Positions 36,440 to 50,604 of a stretch of DNA of 64,000 nt are shown here, one piece after another. Positions within the stretch are counted from its first letter, which is position 1, and every line of letters begins with the position of its first letter. The stretch is from positions 124,001-188,000 of the forward strand of contig OX597823.1 in the NCBI GenBank assembly GCA_951406725.2, given 5' to 3'. Both the position numbers and the translations under genes were made by a program. A model generated the notes under the pieces. That model was not told the origin of the DNA, ran no database searches, and saw nothing but the letters and a program-made list of their open reading frames with translations. This DNA is from Octopus vulgaris (lineage: Eukaryota).

Positions 36440-39400
36440 CACAGGTCATAATAACAGAGGAGTTAAAAGACAATTTAGTTTTAGAAACAAATGTATAAGA
36501 TGAAAAGGAAATAGTTTACATATGCACAATGGTATATGAAATAAGTTTTATATCAAACGGATATTAATCAAAAGGACTGTAATACAATATTTATGGATTA
36601 AAAAGAAAGCAATATTAATTGGTTACATAAGAAATAACTAAAGCAAAAGGAATACAAATTTTTGAAAGCAATTTCTATCCACATCATTACACGTGTGTTT
36701 TAAGTTCACTTTTCATTTTCTGTATAACTTGCATAATTCAAAATATTTTTATCAATAACTGGAACATAATCTAATGACAAAATATATATATAAAAAAAAA
36801 ACGATAATGGTCTATTTTCATAAATAGAAAATAAAATAAGAAATGGTTTGAAAGTATATTGGTAGTGCATGCAATTAATTCTGTCCTTTATAGCAGGAGC
36901 CAGTTGAAGTGAGAGCTGAGACAGTGAAGTAAAAGTGTGTTTTTAGAGACACCTTATCACAGTGACATCAACCAATAATATGAGTATGCTACCCTTTGTC
37001 TACAGCCACATTACCTCAACCAAAGTGCCTTGATGAAAGTAGTGTCTAAGAAACAATTCCTTAGTCTTCAAGGGGTCCTTGAGAGCCATTATTTAATTCC
37101 TCTTTCATGTTTTGAAGTTAATTTAAGTATATACTTTGATACACAAATTTTCTAACAACTAAAAATAGAGTCAATAAGTGTTCTGCTTAGAAAAAAAATG
37201 TTATCAATAGATTTGCATTGCTGACATTTGAGCAAGTATTACAATGCTTTACTCTTCAACTATTCTGCTTAAAACTGATTGGAGGTAAGAAGAACTGAAA
37301 CAGCAGACAAGAAAAGAGAACCCAATCTGCCTTTTCTTATCAAAATGAAATAATTTAAGAGTTTGAAGAGTAATATTACAGCTAAAATTCTTTTACACGT
37401 TTCAGCACAAAGGCTGTGGCCATGCAGATAAAATTTTGGAGAACAACTAACACTGCATAAAAGCTGAGAAAAGACAACATATAGCTGAACAAAATACATA
37501 AATTGTATATACAGCAGTGAAGATCTCACAACATTTAGGTGCTAAAAAAAAATGGAAAAGCAACATGCTGCAGTATGTTGAAGAAAACATTCCAAAGCCG
37601 GTATAAAGTATCAATCATCTATAATAGGAGATGAAAGGGGATTTAGAAATTAACCTCAGTACTTATTTTTTTAAGGCCTGGTACTTATTCTATTGGTCTC
37701 TTTTGCCAAACCACTAACTTATGGGGACGTAAACACCAAAACCAGTTGTCAAGTGGTTGTAGGAGACAAATATAGATACAAAGACACACACACACCATCA
37801 TCATCATTTAAACATGTTTTCCATGCTGGCATCAGTTGGATAGTTTGACAGGAGCTGACCTGCTGAAAGGTTGTTCAGGCTCCGTCTGTTTTGGCCTGGT
37901 TTCTATGGTTGGATGTCCTTCCTAACACCAACCACTTTACAGAGTGTGGACTGGGTGCTTTTTACATGGCACCAGCACTTATGAGATGCTCAGCTGGAGA
38001 GGATTGCAAGGGCATCCATGCTTTTACTTAGCTTGGTGTGTCTTTTCAAGCACAGCAAACCACCAGGAGTCTTAGTCTCCTAGCATCCTGTCTGTGAGTC
38101 CCAATGTTTGTAGATTTTTTCTCACCACTTCACCCCATTTCTTCTTGGGTATACCCCTTCCACATGTTCCCTCTACAATCGGCACTTCTTCATGCCACTC
38201 TCTTCATTCATATGCATTACATGACCAAACCAGTGCAGTCTTCTCTTTTGCACTCTACGTCTGATGCTATGTCTTCCCAGTTTTCCTCTCAAATCACTTA
38301 TGCTCTGCCTTATATGCACACTGACATTACCCATCCAGTGGAGCATACTGGCTTCATTTTTTTCAAGCCATTATATATCCTAGGAATTCATGGCCCATGC
38401 CTTACTGCCATGTCGCATGTTGTCTGTACACAGGCATCATACAATCTGCTTTTCACTCAGAGGGAGAGGCCCTTCATTACCAACAGAGGTAGGAGCTCTC
38501 TGAACTTCACCCAACCTATTCTTATTCTAGCAGCAATGCTTTTGGAACAACCACCCCCCATTACTAACTTGGTTACCTAAGTAATAGAAACTGTCTACTA
38601 CTTCTAGGCATATAAGGGAGTCTTTTTTTCTTTTGTACAATCCTGGTGTTTACCTGTACACCTGCCACATGTAAAGACTACTTTCTCTGTCAATCACCCA
38701 GTGACACTGCTGCACCTCTTATATGGCCATAGCTTGCACTGAATACACCTTATAGAGTTTATCCCTTTTCTACATACTGAGCAGCACCATCTTCTGCAAT
38801 TTGCCTGTTTTCAATACTTTGGTCTTTGCTAAATTAACTCTTTAGTCCCTTTGATTCTAGACCTTGCTTCCATACTTGAAACTTCTTCTCTAGTTTTAGT
38901 AGTGATTTCTTTAGTTCTCAGAGCCTTGTGAAAGGATTTGGTAGGTGGAAATCGAAAGAAGCCCATCATATATATATATATATCATTATCATTTAACATC
39001 CACTAACTATGCTGGCATGGTTTGGACAGTTTGACCGAGGACTGGCAAGCCAGGAGGCTACACCAGGCTCCCATGATCTGGCAAGGTTTCTACAGCTGGA
39101 TGCCCTTCCCAATGCCAATAACTCTGAGAGTGTAGTGGGTGCTTTTTATGTGCCACTGGCATGGGTGCCAATCAGGCAGCACTAGCATTGACCACAACTA
39201 CGATTTCACTTGACTCAACAGGACTTCTCAAGCGCAGCATATTGCCCGACAATTGAAGGGTACTTTTAAATGGGCCAGTTATGTTACACTGGCATCAGCC
39301 ATGGCTACGATCTTACTAGGCTTGCCAGGTCTTCTCAAGTACAGCATATCTCCAACGTTCTAAGGTCATGCTTCACCACCTCATCCCATGTCTTCCACAG

Positions 39401-40761
39401 GTTCCCTCCACTCTTAGAGTGTGACACTTTTTCACACAGCTGTTCTCATCCATACTCAACACATGACCACACCAGTGCAGCTATACACCGGCACAGTCTC
39501 TCTTGCATACCACATCTGATGCTTCATATGTGGGTGCTTGCACTCTGTCATGTATGCACACTGACATTACACATCCTTCGGAGCATACTGGCTTTGTTCC
39601 TTGCAAGCTTACGCATGTCCACATCAGTCACAGTCATGTTTCACTGCCGTGTAGCATGGCTGTTCGTACACAGGCATCATACAGTCTACCTTTCACTCTG
39701 GGTGAGAGGCCCTTTGTCACCAGCAGAGGTAGGCACTTCCCAAACTTTGCCCAGCCTATTCTTATTCTAGCAGCTATGCTCTTAGAGCATCCACTCCTAC
39801 TTGTAGTATTTTCCACAGGTATGTGATGGAAGTTGTTTTCTGCACATTTTCAGTGTTTATTGCTCCTGTGAATGTCACACAAAAACTATCTTCCCAGTTA
39901 ACCTTCCTTTGATATTGCTGCACTTCTTATGTGTCCATAGCTTACACCGGGTGCATCTTCACAAGGCTTTGGTCAACCTGAAACTACAGTAGAAGACACT
40001 TGCCCAAGGTGCCATAGAATGGGACTGAACCTGGTTGGGAAGCAAACTTCTTACCACAGGGTTACACCTGCACTTACACACACGCACATATACTTATTTA
40101 TATAAAACTACTTCAGCTCATTGCTAGAGTCTCTGCATAAGGGTCAGCCTGGACTGGTGGCCAAGTCTTATGCATTTCCTATTACATATTTACACACACC
40201 TGAAACGTACGGATTAAATGATTTTTGAACAGTTCAGTATTTGCTTTGACTTGATTATTACAATTTATACAACTCAGTGTGTGTACAAACGAGTCAGTCC
40301 AGACTGCACTTATGTGGATACTAACAACAATTTGGTGTAGTTCATTACATTTGACTAGAGTCAAAAATTCTGCTGCTATAACATGAAATATATATATGTG
40401 TGTGTGTGTGTGTACAGTCGTGGCCAAAAGTTTGAAACATTTTTTCTTTTTAATTAAAATTGTGATGCCCAATATATGCTCTGACCAAATATAACTTTGG
40501 GCATTTACTATAATAATTCTAATTTTCAGACTGATTTACAAACTTTTGGCCATGACTGTATGTATGCCTGTGTGTGTTTACATCTACAATTGTTTGCATG
40601 AAAGTACAGCAGGCGGTACTGGTATCAGTTTCTCCTGTCACTTCTTGCAATACTGTAAGTCCCCTCTTGCTTAAAAAACAGGTCAGTGTTGGTATCCAGC
40701 TGTAGAATACTGCCTCAAAGATCATACGTCCAACCCAATCAAGCTTTGAAAACATGGATTT

Positions 40762-40806
<45 letters not shown>

Positions 40807-43800
40807 CACAAATAATCTTGACATGAGTATTTGGTTGTTTAATCAACCGAGCTTCCTACTTATTGAATTAGCATATATAAGTGGTTGAATATTTCTGAGA
40901 CACACACACTCGTACATGTGTAGAAATAGTAATGTGGCCTTAATTATGGAAGGTACTGTATAGAGAGTGAATTAATTAAACTTGTATATGAAAACATATT
41001 AATGCATTTTGCTGATAAGTAAGTTAAGTGTTAGGCTCTTGAGAAAGAAATCTTGAGTATTTAGCAGCTGTCATAGGCTTATTGTTGCTTCTTTTTAGCT
41101 GGGGGTAGACACTTACCTATCAACTTGATGAAATATATTTTCATAGATATATACTATTTTATTGAAACCAAAAAAACTTCACAAAACTGTTACCTAGAGT
41201 TTCACATGACCATTCATCAGACAGTTGTGATAATATGGAATAATAAGTTTATGTGAGTATATTTAATATAGTATTTAGTGGACTATGAATAAGCATTTCA
41301 ATTTGATTGAGTACTCTACTTTGGTCAACCCCCACTGACAGCTATGAATTTTAAATTAGTTACCCATTGAGATGGAAACATTTATTTGTTGAACTGTATC
41401 TACTAAAGACTATTATATATACTCACAAAATTTTATTATTCCATTATTATTCCAAGTGTCTGATGAATAATCATGTGAAACTCTGAGTAACAATTTTGCA
41501 AAGTTTTTTTGGCTTTAATAAAATAGTAAATCTTCCTTTGGTGTTCAAAGTTATTTTATCCCACTTGTGTGTGTGTGTGTGTGTGTGTCATTTGCTGTAT
41601 GGTTCCTTAAGCAATTATTATTGCTTAGTTATTACTTTCGCATAGATTGAAGGCATTAACATACAACCACATCGATACACAAACAGTGAGAAGATAACAT
41701 ACAAAGCTGGCAAGTGACAACAGATTTTAAAAAAACAAAACAACAGTGATATTTTTCTGCGTCCAGGAAAAATCCGTGGGTACTGGATACAGTGATGCTA
41801 AGGTGGTGGAAAGGGGTGGCAGGGCAGAAAAAAGTAACATACCTTCCCAATTGTTGAACCATTCTCAGCAGTTATAGGTTTGTTTATTTTTGTATTTTTT
41901 ATATCTATATATATAAACCAGGTGGATGATCCAAAAGGGCAAATCCCTTAGATTTATCTCCCTTATGTGAGAGAAGAGAACAAAAGAGAAAAAGGCTGGC
42001 TTTAGAAGAAGAAGAAATTTGAAGCCAAACTTTAGCAGTAAACTAGTTATTGAATGCTTTAAGTTCAATTTCTTTTCAAAGATTTCCATTTATTTTTTTT
42101 TTAATTGCATAATACTTATTCATAAACACACACACAAACATCATCATTTAACATCCACTCTTTTATGCAGGTATGGGTCAGATGAAATTTGTTGAGGCAA
42201 ATATTCTATGGCTGGATGCCCTTTCTGTCACCAACCCTCACCTGGTTCCCAAGCAAGGTAATAATATTTCCCCATGACCAGACATATTTTTCAAGGATGA
42301 TAGGAAATGGAACAACACTGCATGTATGACAGTGATGCTTATTTACAACCTGATGTTAAGATAACAATATATGTATATAATAATAAATATGACAGGCTTC
42401 TTTCAGTTTCCCAATCCATTCATAAGGGTTTGATGATCTGCTGGGGCTAGAGTAGAAGACACTTGTCGAAGGTACCATGCAATGGGACTGAACCCAAGAT
42501 TTCATGATTGGGAAGCAAGCTTCTTAACTACACAGCCACACCTGTGGTTAAAAAACATGTGCGTGTGTGCACATAAGAAGACCTATTTACAATAATTCCC
42601 CATCGACAACCTGGAATTATTTCTTTTGATAGTATATGCTGTCTGCAATATAACCAGATCATGACAGGAATCTTGTAGAGTTCAACATAAAAGATGAAAT
42701 CTTTAAAATACTTTACTGTATTTCTGAATGAAACTTATTTGTTTTTCTTGAAATTGCAGAAAATCTAACCTCAATTTAATTTCTTCAAAAGTTGTAACAA
42801 GAATGAGTAAAACTACAAATGAAGAAATCTCATGAAGAGGAATTGCCACTGAAGTCTGCTTCAATATGTGGCTGTTTTACTTGATGACATATTCTTCTGC
42901 TGGCCGGATGAGTAAAGTGAATTTGTTAATTAATGAACATCAACAGAATAAGAGCTGTCACCATAGTGATTTCATAAGATATTTTCTCTTGTACAGAAGA
43001 GTTTTAGTCATAGCCACCATTGCATTCTTCTGTGGCCACAGCAGAGAATTGAAAACCTACCTAGTAGCAGGGTCGGTGAAAACAGGTCGAAACTGACTCA
43101 CTATAGGAGGGCAGTTGTTCTAAATATGAATTGATACATTAAAAAGGAACTTTATTTAGTCCTATCACAGTAGTAGTGGAAGTAAAAATGCAGTCTGTCT
43201 ACAGAGTGAAGTGGTTGGTGATAAGAGGAGTACTCAGCCATAAAAACTTCGTCTGAAATGGAACAAATGAATGAAGGAGAGATGGACTCTGGAAGTTGTA
43301 TTGCAAACAAAGTCTCAGGAACAGCAGCAACTTGGAATAAAAACTGATCAAAAGTTGAAAGGACTATTCTTAGCATGATAAAATGCACACACTTCACGCA
43401 TGATCGAAAAGACACCCAATCCAGCCCCACAAAAACCATCAAAACAAAATGTTGATGTTCTCTGTAGCTGGGTGGTAGTAGTTTATAACAGGTGGCTACA
43501 CCACAGAGTAAGATACTTTGAGGCCCATTCATGTAAAGGAAAACACTTGTGATAATGATCATGATATAGGGTGACCCATAATCATTTGGACTATTGTTCT
43601 CACCTATTGATCCCATAATGTTAATATCATAGCTGAACTGAAATCAATAGAACAGTTCTACTAAAAAGATGGCCCCTATGCAACAGCCGAACAATTGCGA
43701 TGGATATGCAGCAGTTTATAACAGAGGGACTGGCACCCAACTTTGACATAGAAAGCTATGCAAATCTACAAATGGAAATCCACAGCATAGTGACCAAAGT

Positions 43801-45067
43801 GCCACTTATTCCTTCCAGTGTTGGGACTAGGTTCCATAATAACTTGTGGCTTAAAGAGCTGCAGTTCTTCAATATCCTTTGCTAATACATGAAGGATCAG
43901 TATGGAGTAAATGTCAACATAGTCTTCTAAGATCTTAAATGGATTCACATTACAGCAAGAGACATAGGAAGGAATCAATACCAAGCTTACTTGCTTCTCC
44001 TTACAATACAAAACAGAACAAAAGCTGTGATAGCATTTATAGCAGTGCCCCAGCATGGCCACAACCAACTGACTAAAGAATAAAGAGTTTGATGATAAAC
44101 ATTGCTAAGCTGCTTACACATGGATGGCTTATTGCTTTCTAAAACTAATTTTACATCTATTTTCCCATGTTAGCATGGGCAGAATTATTTTAGCAGTTAA
44201 GGCATTTCTAATCATTCAACCGTGAAACTGGAATAGTCCTTATTTTCAATTTGCTTAAGAAGTGCAAAACAATAGGAAGATTTTAACTCCTAGCTGTGTG
44301 GTCAGTAGCCCAGAAACTTATTCTTTCTGACAATATGCTTCTCTAGTAAGAAAATGACAATTCTATATGAGAGAAGACTTTAGCAAAATTGACCATACAC
44401 ATAGGATTTCATTTGTTTTAAGTAAATGATGAAACATTTGGAGGCTGCTCAGAATTCTTGTGCATCTGTTACAATAATGTAGAGTTAGAACAGAATGTAG
44501 TTCTTTGTACAGAAAAAAACCCCAAAAAACAATTATGTATAAAATCAGAGTTTTGGTATTTTACAACGAAAGAAATTTAAGAACAAGTGCAGACATTGCT
44601 GTTTAGCTGAAAAGTTCACAGTTGCAGGCTTGTTCCTAGTCTATAGCAAATATCGTCTGTGACAGCTTTGAGTTGACCAGTATTCAATGAGAGGAATCTG
44701 CTAAACAGGGACTGTCTGGAGGCCTGTTATGTGTGTGTGTGTATGAATGTATGTGTATATTTATTTTACTTGTTTCAGTCATTTGACTGCAACCATGCTG
44801 GAGCACCACCTTAAAGGCTTTTTTAGTTGAAGAAATTGACTCCAGGACTTATTCTTTGTAAGCCTGGTACTTTATTGATCTCTTTTGCCAACCCACTAAG
44901 TTATGGGGATGTTAACATATCAACATCGCTTGTCAAGAGATGTGGGGTGGGGGGCAACATAGAGTTTCTGTCTACCAAATCCATTCACAAGGTGCCACAC
45001 AGTAGGACTGAACCCAGAACCATGTGGTTGGGAAGCAAGCTTCTCACCACACAGCCATACCTGCATC

Positions 45068-45098
<31 letters not shown>

Positions 45099-48000
45099 TT
45101 ATTTTTATGCCTGTTAATCCATGCTAATATTGGTGTTAAACAATACATATTGAGGCATTGTTTTATAGTAAGACACCCTTCCTGTTGCTAACATTTACTA
45201 GTTCACACACACACACACATCTTGGCCATAGTAAAAAGGTTAGTTTCCAAGTGATTGTTAGTTTCAACAGCTGTTAATTATATACTTTCAATTAATTTCC
45301 TTAAAACCAAAAAAAAAGTAATACTGAACAGCAGCAAACAACTATTGTGTGAAAAGTGAGAGGTTCAGTGGCTGAGTGCAAAAAGTATTTGTTAATTAAC
45401 TGATAATAAGTTGCAATTTCAAACCTAATTGATTACACTGAGCTGAATCTCAGCAATCAAAGAGAATCTCTTGATTAAAGTCCCTAATTTTAAAAAATGA
45501 GTCAGAAGTTATGTGCAAGGAAGGTTAAATAGACTAGGATTAGCTTCTCTCTATCTGAACATTGTACTGTTTCCTCTCAGACTGGAGACACATCGTTAGT
45601 GACTCTAACCTTATTTTAGAAAGTGCATACTACTAAGAAACTGCTACATTTTCTTGAGAACCTTTAAACCCAATACAAATTTAGGTAAGAACAAAAGAGA
45701 ATTCTTCACTTCAATAATCAAAAAGAAAATTTTTAACATAACCACAGTTTTCTTTTAAGACAAAATTTGATGGTTTTTCTATTTGGTTTTGGGGGTTGAA
45801 TTATCAATATATAACCTGGAGAAGGTATTAGTGTCTTTCAAATTTGAAACCACTCAACCATGAAGCCATTAATGTTTGTATTTATCTGCCAGTTGTTTCC
45901 TACACAAGCTGCAAAATGTTTCGATTATAAGCAACTCACTATACATTATCGTTATTACTTTATTGACTCTCAATAAAGCATTTTAACTTCAAAGTAGATG
46001 CTTTAAAGAAGACCAGATCTCTGTTTTTTAATGACTAGAGCAAATAAATTTCTATGCTTTGACTTGGAACTACAAAGTGCCTTAATCATTCAGTTCCTAC
46101 TTGATGAACCAAATGCTGAGACATGACTTAACAGCAGCAACAAAAGAAGAGCCTGGAATCGGACAAAGTCCATTCTGAAGAGTTTTCTTTCCACTTTGTT
46201 AATAAGTTTCTACAATCAACAATAAAATAAATTCTCAATATCAATTCTAGAGTAACTGTCATATATGTATAAGAGGAGGCATAACTAGTATTATAATGCT
46301 GCCAGGGTTGAATTTGCCTTTCATATGTCAGGGATACAATAAAATATGAAGTACTGGGAGGGATTGGAAGATTGAATTGAGCTGTTTTTCAAAAATGCCT
46401 TTTGCAAAAGTTAGAAATTACAATTAAAGCAATGGAGTAGAAGACCCAGATCAGTGGACAAAGTGGTTTGTAGTGTTTAGGGATATCCATAAAGGACCTA
46501 AAGTGGTTTGTAGTGTTTAGGGATATCCATCAAGGACCTAAGTTCAAATTTTAATTTTTCTCTCACCAGAGTTAATAAAATGTGTTTCTGTCATGTACAA
46601 CCTTTGAATCAGTGATTGTTGATTCTTATTTTATATTGGAATTGGTAAACAATAGTGTTGTTGGTTATAAGTTTGAACAGGTTAATCAGAATTTTTGACA
46701 GCAGCACTGACAACCAGATGTCTGTAAGTTGATGTCAAATACCTCATTAGTAAATCACTAGTTTTCCCCCATTTTGCGGGAGGACGTTTATCTTCACTGA
46801 AAAATATACATCTCTCAATGAAATCTCACTTGCAAGGTATAGGCCAACCTGAGATTAGGGTAGAAGTCACTTGTCTGAGATATGCAATGACATTTTACTT
46901 GGAAGCATGAAGTTGTGAAAAGAACTTCTCCACAGAACAGCCAAGCCTGCAGTGTCCGTACAAGTTGGTTAGATTATTGAATTCCATCTTTTTAAATTCA
47001 GACTTCAAATCCTGTTCAAGTTAACTATATTGTTCATCTCCAAGGGACAGTCAATAAAATGTGTACCAGTAATATAATTGCAATGACTGAATCACTTGAC
47101 CCTTTCCATCAATTTGTAGCTGTTGTCAATGTATCATATCACCAGTATTGATTCTGGTGTGTTAATATCATGGTCATTATTTGTTATCTTTATGAAGAAA
47201 TTATTAAGGAGGTACAGCTCTTCAGGATTGTGGCATAAAATACATTACAATATTTAGTTTTGTCTCTCTTGGCACCAAGTATATACATAGCTCATCAAGG
47301 TTCACTTAGGCTTCATCTGTATCTCATGTTGGCATGGGTTTGATGCTCTTCCTGACAGCAACCACTTTTTCTTCATGTCACTAGCACCAGTCAGGCTGGC
47401 AAGATTATGAAGATAGAGGAACAAATGTGCTAAGAAGATGTGGTTAAGTTGTGAGAGGAAGAGCTGCAAAGGAGCAGAATGACTACTGAGAGAGGAGGGT
47501 GGTGGGCATTGAAAAGTGAAATAACTGAGGTGTTACAGTAGACTTTCCAGGTACGAATGGGTAGACAGGAATGGGTGAGGCAGGGACGTTAGAAGTGAAT
47601 GTGTGGAGAAAAGGATGGGGCAGCTGAATAAAAATGATGCTGTAAACAGGAGGACAAAAGAGATGAGATGCTGATGGATAAGGAAGAGAGGCAGGTGGAG
47701 TGTACGAGGAGAATGAGTAGTGGTGAGGGAGGAGAGATGATGATTTGGTGGCATTGGGAAATGTATGGGTGATCAATGAAGGTAAGGATGGAGATCAATG
47801 AAGGTATGGATAAAAAGTAAAGTGGTTCTGTACAAAAAGGAGGGAGCAAGGAAAAACTGAAGGAATTCATATTTCATCAGGATCAACTTTTCATCTTTCC
47901 AAGATTCCTAAATTCACTTCCAGTCAAGTGTCTCAATTGATTTAAGCAACTGTCATTCCCCACCCCAAATTTCTGGCCTTATACCTATTATTATTATTAT

Positions 48001-50559
48001 TGTTATTTTTAGTTTTAGGGAGGTGAATTGGTAAAGGGCTGGACAGTTTGCTTTGCAGTGTTTACTAATATTTCTTTAACAGTTCAAAATCTGCCAACAT
48101 CAACTTTTGTTTCTCAACTTTCTGGAGTTAATGAAATTAGCAAAAGGAGTTATTTGACTAAACTTTGTTAAAATAACAGGGTTTGTGGCAAAGTACAATT
48201 ATCATCCCCAATAAATCAGTTTTCTTTATATGTTCTACCCTCATGTCAATCTCAATTTCTCCAACACATTTCTCAAATCTAATCGTTAATGCTCCTAATG
48301 ACCCCCCCCTCACCACCAACTACTGCAATGACAGTTACTTTCTTCTTTATTGCCCACATTCATGCAATCTCATCTTTCAGTGGATTCTTGTACTTCTCAA
48401 TCTTTTCCAGTTATTTATCATCCACCCATACACCCCTGGCTATGGCAATATCTGTGATCTTGGTTTCCTTCATCATTTTATCAGCAACAATAATGTCTGG
48501 TCCCTGAGCACCAATCACAAAAACACACTGGAATGTAAGATTCCACAACATCTTATACTCATTATTCTCAGTGATGCCTTCTAGTTTATGCTTGCACAAT
48601 TTCAATGTCATTTCAAGACCATTCTCCTCACGCACACTCCAATGAAAACACCTAACTACATTATCATGCTTCTTTCTGTATTCCTTTTGAGCCAATTTGC
48701 TACACTCATAATATGTGAGACTGTTTCACTTTTGATGGCACACATTCTACCAAGGGGCAATTCACTACTCTTATCTATTTGAAACTTAAGATCCCTTTAG
48801 GTAGATAGCCCTACTTGATCTGTAGAAAAGGTGTGGGTAGAAACTCCATAAGATGCACCTGGTGTAAGCTTTGGACACATAAAAGGTACAACAAGATCAA
48901 AAGAAGGTTATCAGGGGAACTAGCTTTTGTATGAGGATGATGCAGAGGTACAATAAAAGGTTAAAATGTGCAGAAAATAGATTCCATTAACTGCCAGGGG
49001 GCCAAGTTAGAGGTAGTAGAAAGCTTCCATTATCTAGATGACCAAGTTAGTAGTGAAGGTGGATGCTCCGAGAGCATAGCTGTGAGAATAAGATTAAGCT
49101 GGGAAAAGTTCAGAGGGCTCCTACCACTGCTGGCAACAAAGGGCCACTCCCTCAGAGTGAAAGGCAGATTGTTTGATGCCTGTGTGTGAACAGCTATGCT
49201 ACACAGCAGTGAAAAAAGGGCTGTGATGACCGAGACTTTTAGCAAGGTACTGTGCTTGAGAGGGCCCATCAAGCCGAGTGAAATCATAGTCTTGGTAACT
49301 GACACCCATGCTGGTGGTACATAAAGAACACCTTTCGAGCATTGGTCCACATGGAGGCAAAGTGGCTGTGTTCCTTTCAAGTGTTGGGCCTCACAGAGGC
49401 AAATACCGAGGCCTTTGGCATTATGTCATGCTCGAGAAGAAGACCTATCTTGCCAAGCAAAATCACAGTTGTGGCAGATACCAGTGTCATGCAAATGGCA
49501 CCTGTGCTGGTGGCATGTCAAAGCACCATTACATTTTCAAAGTGGTTGGTATTAGGAAGGGCATCCAGATGTAGAAAACTATGCCAAATCAGACTGGAGC
49601 CTGGTACAGCCTTCCAGCATTCCAGCCTGGTCAAACCGTCCAACCCACGCCAGCATGGATAACTGATGTTAAATAATGATAATTTTGTTAATATTCCTAG
49701 CAGTAACAACCAAACGTTCAAACTGCTGTTCGATGTACCATCCCAGACATTTTCCTCATTGGCAACACAGATTTTGCATTCATTTTTACCTAGGCACATA
49801 CAGTCTATCGATATCCCTTTTAGGGTGCAGTTTCTTGTTCATTGTCATCACTTTCCTGGTCTTTCTATCCATTTCCTCAAGCTTGTTCTTTGTCCAGCTA
49901 ACAACACCTGTGCCATATTGCATTTAAGAGACAGCCCATGACTAATTTGCTTTTCCTGGAGTATTCTCACCTAAGGCTTTCCATCATCTTGCTCACCTTG
50001 ATTTTGTCATACTCTGAAATACCCAGATATTTATCTCCATCTACCTCAGCATCCTTCATTGTTTCGCTGCATCAATCATGTTACTTCCTCTTATTTTTAT
50101 GATAAACACGGCAAACTTATTAATCTCAAATTCCATCCTTATATCCTTACTGAATATTTGCATTGTTGAAAGCAAACCATTTATTTCATGCTCACTCTTA
50201 CTGAAAATCTTTAAGTCAGGTGATTCAGTTTTTTTCTTCATTTTTCAAGGTGTACCTTGATGTCACTTTTTGCAATATTGGTGTCAAAAGGAACAGACAA
50301 ATCACAAATAGCAATGATGATAGAATATCTCCTTAAAATATGCCTCTCCTGATACTGACCTTGGCTAAAAATTCTCCACATGATGTGGTCCCTTTATTCC
50401 AGTTCTTCACTGTTCTGATAAAATTCAAAATGTTAGGCCCCAGTGCAAACTCAAGACTTTCTAAAATCCAAGAATAGGGACCATGTCGTAAGCTTTCTTA
50501 TTACTGATCCATGTCATACTGAGACTAGTAGGTCTTTTCTAAAAATCATTCAATCAATC

Positions 50560-50604
<45 letters not shown>

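Larger units (their letters stand above)
41150..41530. mobile_element. Palindromic (foldback) element of two inverted hammerhead-containing arms, Penelope pLTR-like
   Basis: Arms about 41152-41315 and 41358-41528 are imperfect reverse complements; each carries CTGATGA...GAAAC...GTA. Confidence 0.75.

Noticed and set aside
43070-43119. Alternative PTPN4 last exon [19 protein letters not shown]
   Set aside because: Weak pyrimidine tract and no homology support.
46747-46796. Alternative PTPN4 last exon [16 protein letters not shown]
   Set aside because: The acceptor is plausible but there is no similarity to the PTPN4 C-terminus; such sites are expected by chance in 32 kb.
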